A stretch of DNA of 20,000 bases, taken from assembly GCA_040285745.1 (NCBI GenBank), contig JAUFOR010000007.1:114458-134457 (forward strand), in the 5' to 3' direction. Numbering within the stretch: position 1 is the first letter of the stretch; every line of letters begins with the position of its first letter. The DNA is from Barthelona sp. PCE (lineage: Eukaryota). Positions 8,848-18,379 of the stretch are shown here, piece by piece. The notes under the pieces were generated by a model. That model saw only the letters and a program-made list of their open reading frames with translations, searched no databases and had not been told where the DNA came from. Position numbers and translations under genes: made by a program.

Positions 8848-10137
8848 ATGCTTGAGAAATTCAAGGCGATTTTGAAGCCTTTTGGAGGGGCAGCGGTATC
8901 TTCCAGTAAGATTTTTGACAATCTGTATGGTGAGAAGAAAACGGATATTAAATCATCCATTAAACGTGGTGACTGGGTAGGTTTTGATGATCTTATCTCG
9001 CTTGAGCCTTCGACCATCATAGATGTGGTCAAAGACTCAGGAATTCGTGGACGTGGAGGAGCAGGGTTCTCAACAGGTTTAAAATGGTCTTTTATGCCTA
9101 AAGATGATGGAAAGAAACACTTTCTTGTTGTTAATGGTGATGAAGGTGAGCCAGGTACTTCAAAAGATAGATACATTATGTTGAATGAACCGCATAAGTT
9201 AGTTGAGGGTTGTGTTTTAGCAGGTCGCGCTCTTGGAGCAACTGAAGGTGTCATTTACATCCGTGGTGAGTTCATTGATGAGATGGCTTCTGTCCAAAAA
9301 GCTATTGATGAGTGTTACGACAAGGGTTTGCTGGGGAACATTCTGAACAAAGACAACTTCACTTTTGATCTCCGCATCCATCCTGGTGCCGGAGCTTATG
9401 TGTGTGGTGAAGAAACAGCTCTTATAGAGTCCATTGAGGGCAAACCAGGTCGTCCGCGCAACAAACCGCCGTATCCAGCTCAGGCAGGACTTTATGGGTT
9501 GCCCACAATGGTTAACAACGTTGAGACGATCTCATCAATCCCCACAATCTTAAGAAAGGGTTCAGATTGGTTCAGCGTCAAAGGTACCGAGAATTCTAAG
9601 GGAACGAAACTTTTCACCGTTTCTGGTGACGTGCACAAACCTTGTGTTGTTGAAGAGGATATGGGTATCGCCATGACAGAGCTCTTGAGTCTTGCGGGTG
9701 GCGTCGATGGAAAGCTTCAGGCTCTTCAACCTGGAGGTTCTTCTACAGGGTTCCTGTTACCTGAGGAAGTGAACACTGCACTTTGTGATTATGATTCGTT
9801 GTCATCTTATGGTTCTGCGCTTGGAACGGGAGCAACAATCGTGCTCAATGAAAAACGCGATATGATCGACTATCTTACTCGTCTTGCTCGCTTTTATGCA
9901 CATGAGAGCTGCGGTCAGTGTTTGCCTTGTCGAATGGGTATGCCCAGAATCTATGAGCTTATGAAGAAATTCAGCAGCAGAAGAGCCTCCAAAAAAGATT
10001 TAAGGGAGCTTGAAACATTGGTTAATCACATCCCGGGAAAGACAATATGCGCATTAGGTGAGGCTGGTTGCGAGCCCATTAGATCAGTCCTCGAAAAAAT
10101 GCCTCACTTATTCCATAGCATAATTGAAGTTTACTAA
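8848..10137 (+). CDS. nuoF: NADH dehydrogenase 51-kDa FMN/4Fe-4S subunit (NuoF/NDUFV1) with a short N-terminal leader
   Basis: SGIRGRGGAGFSTGLKWSF, NGDEGEPGTSKDR, GAGAYVCGEETALIESIEG and Fe-S ligands ESCGQCLPCRMG...TICALG. The first ATG is 8848; the ORF track's GTG extension reads through the putative intron. Confidence 0.95.
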   Translation: MLEKFKAILKPFGGAAVSSSKIFDNLYGEKKTDIKSSIKRGDWVGFDDLISLEPSTIIDVVKDSGIRGRGGAGFSTGLKWSFMPKDDGKKHFLVVNGDEGEPGTSKDRYIMLNEPHKLVEGCVLAGRALGATEGVIYIRGEFIDEMASVQKAIDECYDKGLLGNILNKDNFTFDLRIHPGAGAYVCGEETALIESIEGKPGRPRNKPPYPAQAGLYGLPTMVNNVETISSIPTILRKGSDWFSVKGTENSKGTKLFTVSGDVHKPCVVEEDMGIAMTELLSLAGGVDGKLQALQPGGSSTGFLLPEEVNTALCDYDSLSSYGSALGTGATIVLNEKRDMIDYLTRLARFYAHESCGQCLPCRMGMPRIYELMKKFSSRRASKKDLRELETLVNHIPGKTICALGEAGCEPIRSVLEKMPHLFHSIIEVY

Positions 10138-10224
10138 CAGTTATAGACTATCCCATCACACATCTTGTATGAAAACCTTCACATCATATTACATTGCAAT
10201 AAACATTGTATGTTAAGCTGAGAA

Positions 10225-10569
10225 TTATTCAACAACCTCCTCCTGTGTCTGATTTTCTTCTTCATCTACATCTTCTTCGTTACAGTGTTGCATGTAGGGG
10301 TTCTCGATCTCTGCGAAACCTTCTGCTGGCATGAGAGTGAGGATAGCGAGTGAACGAAGAATAGTTGTGTTAAGAGCAGTTCTAGTTTCGATTATTTCAC
10401 CGTCAATGATTTCGCTCTCAATCTTGTCGGTGTCTTTAAGTACACAATTCTGAATAGGATCGTAAGAAACAAGTTTTCCCTCTAACATGTCTCCATTTTT
10501 GAGATTTACGACAACTTTCTGTTGCATATAGGGTTCTAGATCGATGATATTCCTGGATATGGCTTGCAT
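10225..10569 (-). CDS. LSM7: Sm-like protein LSm7
   Basis: IIDLEPYMQQKVVV, Sm1 (EGKLVSYDPIQNCVL), Sm2 (ILRSLAILTL) and the LSm7-type C-terminal PAEGFAEIENPY. Confidence 0.8.
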   Translation of the reverse strand: MQAISRNIIDLEPYMQQKVVVNLKNGDMLEGKLVSYDPIQNCVLKDTDKIESEIIDGEIIETRTALNTTILRSLAILTLMPAEGFAEIENPYMQHCNEEDVDEEENQTQEEVVE

Positions 10570-10584
10570 TTGTTATTTAGGAAA

Positions 10585-10592
10585 TGAAATGG
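10585..10592 (-). promoter_or_regulatory. Initiator-like CCATTTCA
   Basis: 15 nt upstream of the LSm7 ATG. Confidence 0.5.
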
Positions 10593-10654
10593 GATGGAAA
10601 TTTCTAAACAAAAATTTTGTGATGAAAAAGCATTTAAAAATTAAAATTAGCTAT

Positions 10655-11857
10655 TTATTCGTGCTTCTGGCAGCATGCCTTGGCCTTTTCACAACACCTA
10701 AAAGAGCAATCATCAAAGTTTAATGTTACACCTTCTTGCAGTTGAACAAACTCGGGTTGTAGAGTCGTTGAGTGAACCCCCACATCGTGAAGCATCCTCT
10801 TCGCAACAGTGGCAACGCTATTCCAATCAGCTGAATCAACAACTGTAACATGTGCAGAGCATACTATTGTGGAACGCACAAGACTCCAAATGTGCAAATC
10901 GTGCACTCCAACAATATCAGGAATCTCCATCAACTTCTCCTTGATCTTCTTAGAATCGATGCTAGTGGGAGTGCTCTGCAACAGGATAGCAATCGCCTTC
11001 TTCACCATTGGTGTTGCTGAGAAAACCATAAAAATCGCAATCATAAGCGAAGCGATGGGATCGGCAAGGTGTTTGTACTTCCAGTCTGTCCAATAGATGA
11101 TAGCACCAGAAATAAGCACTGCGATAGAACCCAGTAGATCACCTATGATGTGAAGCAAAGCACCCATGGCGTTCAGGTCAACGTCATCCTTGTTCTTCTC
11201 ACTATTACCGTGGTCATGGTTACACTTTTCTCCGTGTCCATGACTGTGAGAGTGTCCACCGTGACTGTGATCGCAGTCCTGATGAATTTCCCCGTGGAAG
11301 AGCTTAATTCCAATTATATTAATGAAAAGGCCAATGGTGGCCACAGTCATGAGTGGGATACCAACCTCAGTACCGTGCTCGTCACCTCCCAATATCTTTT
11401 CAAAGCTCTCCAACGTAATGAAGAATGACAGTGTGAGCATGACGACACCGTTGCACAGGCCACCAATGACTTCCCCTCTTTGAAATCCGTATGTGTTTGA
11501 ACTGCTTCTTGGTCGAAGAGATATTTTCTTAAAACTGAGTGCAAGAATAAGTGCACTGAAATCAAGAAGCATATGCATTGCATCACTGATCAGAGCAAGT
11601 GAGCTGAATATGTAACCTGCCAGTAGCTCAACGACAAAGAATAATCCTGTCAAATACACCATCGTTATGTACGCTACGCTAGATCCTTTTTCAGGACTTT
11701 TGCTGTGCTTGTGGTCGTGGTCGTGGCCACAACATGCTGATTCATGACCGTTACATGTTTCTTCAACATCATGATTACAACTATGTACTTCATGTTCTTC
11801 ATTTGACTCTGCTGAACCTACTGAACCTTCGTCGAAGTCCTTCACAACCAAAGACAT
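10655..11857 (-). CDS. Cation diffusion facilitator zinc transporter (SLC30/ZnT, Zrc1/Cot1-like)
   Basis: SLALISDAMHMLLD (TM2 HxxxD), TYGFQRGE, His-rich loop, LHIIGDLLGS (TM5 HxxxD), ADPIAS, VHDLHIWSL and HSTTLQPE. Confidence 0.93.
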   Translation of the reverse strand: MSLVVKDFDEGSVGSAESNEEHEVHSCNHDVEETCNGHESACCGHDHDHKHSKSPEKGSSVAYITMVYLTGLFFVVELLAGYIFSSLALISDAMHMLLDFSALILALSFKKISLRPRSSSNTYGFQRGEVIGGLCNGVVMLTLSFFITLESFEKILGGDEHGTEVGIPLMTVATIGLFINIIGIKLFHGEIHQDCDHSHGGHSHSHGHGEKCNHDHGNSEKNKDDVDLNAMGALLHIIGDLLGSIAVLISGAIIYWTDWKYKHLADPIASLMIAIFMVFSATPMVKKAIAILLQSTPTSIDSKKIKEKLMEIPDIVGVHDLHIWSLVRSTIVCSAHVTVVDSADWNSVATVAKRMLHDVGVHSTTLQPEFVQLQEGVTLNFDDCSFRCCEKAKACCQKHE

Positions 11858-11871
11858 TGCTGAAATATCAA

Positions 11872-11879
11872 TGAAATGG
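11872..11879 (-). promoter_or_regulatory. Initiator-like CCATTTCA
   Basis: 14 nt upstream of the ZnT ATG, after a T run. Confidence 0.5.
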
Positions 11880-12139
11880 AGAAAAAACTATAAAACGAGA
11901 TTCCTTATGTTGACCAATGTATATTCTTGGTACAACAACATTTTTTGACAGCCCCTCATGTTGCTAAAATGTGTTGAAAATGAAATAAACTCTTCTTTTG
12001 TCACCCTGCAAAAAGTTCATCTTAATTGGAAAACTTTTTGCTTGACCTATGTTTACATAGGTCATTTTGTTCCCTGTCTGACGCGCTTTGTGGTAAGAAA
12101 CCATTGTAATACAATTTTGTAATATGCTTTAGATTTTTA

Positions 12140-12146
12140 CCATTCA
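12140..12146 (+). promoter_or_regulatory. Initiator-like CCATTCA
   Basis: 8 nt upstream of ATG 12155, after a T run. Confidence 0.45.
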
Positions 12147-12154
12147 CACTCAAT

Positions 12155-13501
12155 ATGCCTCGGCCGATCAGGCAAAGGGGGTTTGGATTTGTTATTTCTG
12201 GTCAAAATTTGTCGGAAAGGATCTTAGAAGGCAGTAGTGTAGCTTTTAATCCACTTAATGTTGATATATGTCATAATTTTGGAGCTGCTGACCATTATTC
12301 TTTGGGTATATGTGTGTCTATGGATTGCTACTATCTCATGCAGTTCAATCGCGCAGAGCAACTGCACAAGTTTACTTTCTTTTCCTTTGGATATCCAGAC
12401 TACAATGTTAAAATACTAAATACTGTTGTGTTTGACTTTGGAAAGAACTCAGATGAACTTTATCATGATTTTATTGTTATCAATGATGAGCTTGTTGTGC
12501 TTAGGAAACATGATCACAATATTGATCCTTTCAATATTCAGTACAATCAAGCGTATGTTTTTGGTCCAGAAGGGTATTTGTTTGGTGTTGGAATTAGGCA
12601 CAGATTGCTGGGCATTTGTGGCAGATTTGTTTTTGTAGTTGAGAGAAGCAATATTTTGGTTTTGGAAATGATCAACGGTTGGAATCAGAGTGATGTTGAA
12701 ACTTTGTACCAAATTGAAGCGAAGAGCAGAACTTTCTATTCTTCTATTTCAAGGATGTTTGCAACATATGACGATCTGAACGACACTTGGTTGATAGCTT
12801 TTATTGGTGATGATCCAAGCGCCAAACCGAAATGGGAGAGTTTAACGGACTATATACCTGGAGGATACATTCCTGAATTTAGTTATCGTTTTGACTTTTT
12901 GCTGAGGTCATCAGAAGGGGTAATTGTGATATTTAACAAAGAATCAAAAGTTGACTTGGTGTTGAATATGAATAATGAAATCTCAACGTTTGTTGTACAT
13001 GTTCCCCATAACCACATTATGTTTGGGAATTCAAGGTCAGTATTGGATTTTTGGAATGATATCAGAATGATGTCAATTTCTGGCAGCAATTTGGTGTTAA
13101 AAAAAGGTTTCATTCCGATTTCCAGCATTCAAATTGATCTGAGCCAACCTGAATCATGTTTCGTGCAGTATATTGGATCTATGGCAATTTTTCAAACAGA
13201 AAACTTGATTTTTGTTGATTTTTCGAGCCATATCATCCACTACGTGCCTTTAAACGGGCGCAGCTGGCAGAGACTTAATGATGGATACTTGTGTCTTTTC
13301 TCAGAATGTGCCGTTTGTATTTTACACTGTGGGAGAAATCTCACATTAACAGCTTGTATTTCACACCCTGAAGAGTATGGTGTACCTGTGGGAATTGCAC
13401 ACGGTGTGCTGATTTTTTTGGAAACAGTAGTAAATAGTTTATTAATTTTCGAGCAAGCTGTCCCGGATTCTCGTATGTACTGTTCCTTGGTCTTCTGCTA
13501 A
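12155..13501 (+). CDS. Hypothetical beta-strand-rich protein; the last ~29 codons may derive from the antisense 3' end of the retroelement
   Basis: Uninterrupted 448-aa ORF with CCATTCA 8 nt before the ATG; no family motif recognised. Confidence 0.7.
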   Translation: MPRPIRQRGFGFVISGQNLSERILEGSSVAFNPLNVDICHNFGAADHYSLGICVSMDCYYLMQFNRAEQLHKFTFFSFGYPDYNVKILNTVVFDFGKNSDELYHDFIVINDELVVLRKHDHNIDPFNIQYNQAYVFGPEGYLFGVGIRHRLLGICGRFVFVVERSNILVLEMINGWNQSDVETLYQIEAKSRTFYSSISRMFATYDDLNDTWLIAFIGDDPSAKPKWESLTDYIPGGYIPEFSYRFDFLLRSSEGVIVIFNKESKVDLVLNMNNEISTFVVHVPHNHIMFGNSRSVLDFWNDIRMMSISGSNLVLKKGFIPISSIQIDLSQPESCFVQYIGSMAIFQTENLIFVDFSSHIIHYVPLNGRSWQRLNDGYLCLFSECAVCILHCGRNLTLTACISHPEEYGVPVGIAHGVLIFLETVVNSLLIFEQAVPDSRMYCSLVFC

Positions 13502-13519
13502 CTGTTAGTATCAGACTCT

Positions 13520-14230
13520 ACGCCTGCTCCTTGCTGCCCTCATAATGTTCTTCATAGCATAAGCGTGAAAAGCAAATAGATGGTAGCTAAGACCTTTTTA
13601 AGTTTCGTTCCACTGGTCTTAATTGATTGCGACGTTGATCTCTCGTTCAACGACTCGAGCACCTGTTCCCCACGACGTGTAAGCTAGCTCGAAATTGTAT
13701 TTCTCGTGCCTTCGACGTCGGTTCCCACAACATCGGATCCCAAATGTAAAACCCTCCGTGCGCAACGGCCATAATCTTGACCGGCGGGTCATCAAAGTTT
13801 TGTACTTATTTAGCTTCTTGTAAAATAGGCTGCACGTACGTGACCTCGATCTTTGCTCGTGAACGGCGATGTAGTCATAACATCCACCACAACCTTGGGT
13901 CCGCTTGCTTCCAGTATTGCAAAATCTGGTCGCTTACGTTCTTTCCGATTGGGATTTTGACTCACCACTTTCGTACCGTTCATGTGTCCAACCCAATTGT
14001 ACACGATGTATGTCACTGTACTCCTCAAACTTTCTTTTAGGAATTGGCTTATCCAAGTTGAAAATATGAGCATTTCCTGATTTTCGAACAGTATCAACTG
14101 TTTTTCTCAAGAATGTTGTTGTGCAGTTTGACGACAAGACCGTGATTTTTTTTTTGAACAAGAATAATGATGACTTCTTCTGTCTAAAAACCTTCTCTCC
14201 ACAGAGTTGCACCGCCCAGAGGCGTACATT
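13520..14230 (-). pseudogene. CCHC zinc knuckle plus PD-(D/E)xK restriction-like endonuclease of the retroelement, frameshifted
   Basis: Reconstructable CQLCGEKVLDRRSHHYSC...LHNNI, then RKRPDFAILEASGPKVVVDVMTTSPF, KKLNKY and a terminal helix LSYHLFAFHAYAM. Confidence 0.8.
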
Positions 14231-15249
14231 TCGCGAAGTTCAGGAACAACAATTGGTATATACCGGCTAAAAGCATAACCAAACATGTAACGCTCATCAA
14301 ACATTGAATGAATATTGGCAACTGACCTTTGGGGCCATGTGGCGACGGTAGCATCGAGTGACCAGGCAACAGAACGCTGAGACATCAAGGCGTCTCGGGA
14401 TATAAATGATTCTGGATGGAAACGACAATGTTTGATCGCATAATCAAACAATTCGAAAAAAAACGTTTTTGTGAGAATGTTTTGTAGTTTGCTTTTTGAC
14501 GCACAATATTAGTAGCCATACTGATCTCAACATCGTACGACTCCATCTGAGTGTGCTGCCCATAGTTTACGGCAAGCCACAGTAAATTTGAAGCAAATTC
14601 ATGCTTTGTTTCTGTTAAGAGAAACTGCTTCCACAAGTTTGTGTTGGCAATCCTCATCTTGGTAATGAGCATCCGGCATAAAGTAGGGTTTGTTATCTTT
14701 GTCATAGTTGAATCACCGTATGCCAAATAACGTGGGCTAAGCCTAGTGAAATCCGACCACTCAATCAAAATTGAAACGCTTGATTGAGCTACTTACCGAA
14801 GCGGTACTTGCCAAGTCAGCTATTTTGTGGAGGAACACAAACAAAGACAACCAGTCCCACCAAGAGACAAAAGGATAACGGAGAGTTGGAGCTTCATCGA
14901 TCGATAACTCATCGGCTCCAGGAATCATCTCAAGAAGTAAATTCTGTTTGATGGTCCTTTCCATATCATCAACTGCATCTTCAGTGAGAGTCACCGAGCG
15001 TACGTGATGAATGAGCATCTGATCAATCGACATAGAAGCAAGATACTTGAACAAAAGCTGTCCCTGGACTTATATACTCGAAGTTGTTTGACGCCATTGC
15101 TAAATCACGCATGCATGACTAACATTAAAGTCGCCAATCTGAGTACCTAACAATTGATAAAAAAGCTAAGCTTAAGTTGTGGGTAGCGATGTTCTCTTGC
15201 TCTTCACCTCTTGGAAATATCCCGAAGCGAAAAGCAATACTCGGCTCCA

Positions 15250-16305
15250 TACCCCACCAGCTCACTTCTCAGCATTCACTTTTCAGGTTATAGAACTCGA
15301 GCTTACCCTTGATTACATCAAAGGTTGACATGACAGTTGATGGTTCACCAACAATATAAATATCGTCAGCATACGCGTACATATTGACTGAATCTGGGGC
15401 TACGGCTTTCGTATCCTTCAAACACTTCAGCAATAAGAAGAGCAAACAACAACGGAGACGTTGCGTTACCCCTGTAACACGCCCATACAACTATCAAAGG
15501 CGCTCTCCATTCGACCAAATCGGAATTGGCCTTTTTTGCACATCTGATGATATGCTTGGAAGCACCAAGGGAGCATGTGCAGCGACAATATGCAGCAGCT
15601 TGTCACGACGAACGCTGTTGAAGGCGTTAGCAATGTCAATAACAAGAGCAACATTACGATCACTTCGCTTTAGATTGACATCCAACGAGGTTTGCGACCA
15701 GAGCAGTAGCATCCCGCATCCAGCACCGAATTGTTTGTGTTTAAACAAATTACTTTTTTGACACGTTCCAGAAACTTCAGATCTTGACTCGCGATGATCT
15801 TATCAGCGATACCGAGTGCAGAGGCAACTGCGATGGGGCGTACAGGCATATGCTCACCCTCTTGAAGCTCCTCCACATGCTTTTTTGTTAAGAGAACAAT
15901 TAGTCGGATATTCCAAAGGGCCCACGGGCGCGATCCGAACGCATAATCATTGATGGCAACTTGAGTAAAAGCATCCATGTAGCGATCGTTACGATAGATT
16001 TCAGCCACAAATAACTTAAGTAAATATGGCATCACTCCATCGGCACCGGCAGAAATGTACTTTTTGACTTTTTTGGTGGTCTCATACACCATATCTTTCG
16101 ATATTATGAATTCCTCAGGGTCCCACTCACCTCTCTTGAAAGAACTCATGGTTTCGCGCAGAATCGCATCAGAAACTGGTGCACTGACTGGATGCTTTGA
16201 TTGCATCTGTTCCAGCACGTTAGTATCTGATAAAGGCATGGTACCTTGACTCTTTGCTAGCCTTATGGCCTTTCCTGGTTGGTTGGCGTCTGCGTACTTC
16301 TTCAT
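15250..16305 (-). pseudogene. Reverse transcriptase domain of the retroelement, split over several frames
   Basis: Fragments MQSKHP, SAGADG, VRPIAVASA, KQFGAG, ALVIDIANAFNSVRRD, GVLQG/NATSPLLFALL (after removing one G from the G4 run at 15469-15472) and MYAYADDIYIVG. Confidence 0.9.
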
Positions 16306-18379
16306 ACGAAGGCTTACAGACTCCCCTAGACTCTCAACGGATGGCTGATTGGAACGTTGCCTCGGCGTCTTACCAAAACATAGCGCAGAAGCTGCAACTA
16401 TTAGAGCCCTCGCCTATACATCGTTGAGACTCACGTAATGGAGTATTCCATATTAACAAACCAATCTTCAGGACACAGAAATATAGCTTTCTTGATTTCT
16501 TATCACCAATTAAATTATCTTGGTTCTCGATAACTTTCTGAAAAACAAACTCATTAAAACTTCTAGAGCATCGTCTTTGTCTAGGTCTGGTCGTAAAGAA
16601 TGTAGAGCCAGGACCCCGGACAATTGTTGACAAACTCCTTGATTCTCACAAGTGTTTCAATATTACCGCTCTGCCACTGAGGCAATCGCGGTGGATTAGC
16701 GCAATAAGCGCCCAGAAGTTCTCAAAGAAATCTTCAGCAACTCTTCTCTCAGCAATTTCTGCTTATTACCGTCAGTTGCACAAAGTCGATTGAATCGGAC
16801 CAGCGGGTCGTGGTACAGTAAAATGGGGAAAGTGTATTCCATACGAGAACTTGAAACTGGGTATGTAACATTGCTCATAATGGGAGGAGCTTGGTTGGTA
16901 ACACTGCTCGTAACAGGAATTGAAGGCGTCGGGTTAGTATCTACCGGGTCAACATCAATGTATGTGACTGTGACTGGTTCCGGTTAACCAATGCTGGCGC
17001 TCCAACTTCTTGGAAGACAGAATCATGCGATTCTGGATCACTTTCACCTTAAAAAAAATATGACTGAGTAGAGGAATCATTCTACTACTAAAAATGGGAA
17101 GAGCTCGGTACAAGTTTCTCTACTTCCATTAAATTCCAAACAGGCCTTGATAAACGCAAACATCACGAAATAGAAATTATCCGTGAACGGTTCTACATTC
17201 TGCCAATGATAAACATTCTGGCCACGCGGAGTCCATTCTGAATTTCATACAAAGACACACTTCTAACGAAATTGATTGCTGCCGGATGTAAAATCCTGCA
17301 ACGCTCATCTTCCTTTTTCCTCAGAAGCGACACTCCTTATAGTGTCATCCAAATGTGAATCTCTCGTCTCCAAACTTCTCATTGATAGCATGTACAATCT
17401 CGTTTGCATCAACGCCAGTGCTGCATACTTTCAGGATAGCATGTGCAATAACGAGTTGTCCTCGTGTACCTGGGCTTGAAAGACGGCCACCAACGGTTTC
17501 CATCTTCTCACCTTCAATACTGCGTAAAGACAACCAATCTGCGTCAGTGCACAAGCCCTCCACTGATCATGAACATTTTGTCGAATTATTTCTATGGACG
17601 GGGCTCTCCTGTTGTTTTGAAGAAACTTTCGTCCTTTGAATTATTGACAACATCTGCTCACCGAACTCTGTTAGTTGGTACTTGACATCTTCCTTAAGAT
17701 ACATAAGTGTTTGCAAAAGGACTATGTGGCGTAGTAACAATTGGATTGGCTAACATTGTTTTCGATATCCTCATATACCCTCTCTATTTCTGGATTGGTA
17801 CATAAGCTGCAGGAGGTCCTAGATACTTCTTGCTCTTCATACAAATAATAATCATCATCATCAGTCCCACTCTGGAAGCGGGGAAGGTAAATATACAGTA
17901 TCTGAAAATGTATCTGATAATGTGTTGTGAAGGAGAAAGGGTCACAAGGTTGAGCTGTGACTGTCGGTAGAGATATTCTACCACACTACTTGTCAGTTTA
18001 GCGACAGAACACGACACAGTTTAAAACGCACGAAACCATGAAAATAAGCGCGTCATGGCATGCATATAATGATAACACACAGTGTCGTGAGGGGGACAGC
18101 TTGGGCCCGTGTGCGGGGCATAATGATCAGATAGTGATGTTAAAAATCGTGAACTCCATAAGCTACCTACAAAATCATATCTTTGGAAAAATAAATTCTG
18201 AAGTTTGCAGTAGGCACACTCTGAGTGTAAGAGCTTGTGGACAAGTATCTTGACAAAACCGGCATAACGTGACCTTAAATTTACAAAGTCTTCATCTACC
18301 TTACGCAGGCATATGGGCTCAAATGGCGTATATTGGTGAGTCATGAGGCGTGGGGCGCCCCAGAGGACCTATTACCTCG

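Larger units (their letters stand above)
13413..18344 (-). mobile_element. Non-LTR retrotransposon with RT, CCHC zinc knuckle and restriction-like endonuclease (CRE-like); frameshifted in this sequence; boundaries approximate
   Basis: Collinear minus-strand motifs: RPIAV (~15830), QFG (~15730), DIANAFNSVRR (~15625), GVLQG (~15475), YADD (15362-15373), C-H-C knuckle plus HNNI (14110-14215), RPDF...VVVDV (13876-13938) and KKLNKY (13802-13819). Candidate AATAAA at 13438-13443 and A7 at 13413-13419. The 5' limit (ATG 18344) is tentative. Confidence 0.88.

Noticed and set aside
746-13128. Numerous short antisense or alternate-frame ORFs nested in the main genes
   Set aside because: Shadow ORFs of well-supported CDSs, with no motifs of their own.
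268-13501. Alternative genetic code
   Set aside because: All host genes translate full length in the standard code and end at TAA or TGA where expected.
17150-17370. Ulp1/SENP-like protease in the retroelement (HLDDTI, ILHPAAINF, YHW across frames), as found in some NeSL elements
   Set aside because: Motif spacing is too short and no QxxxxDCG catalytic Cys motif was found; worth retesting after frame correction.
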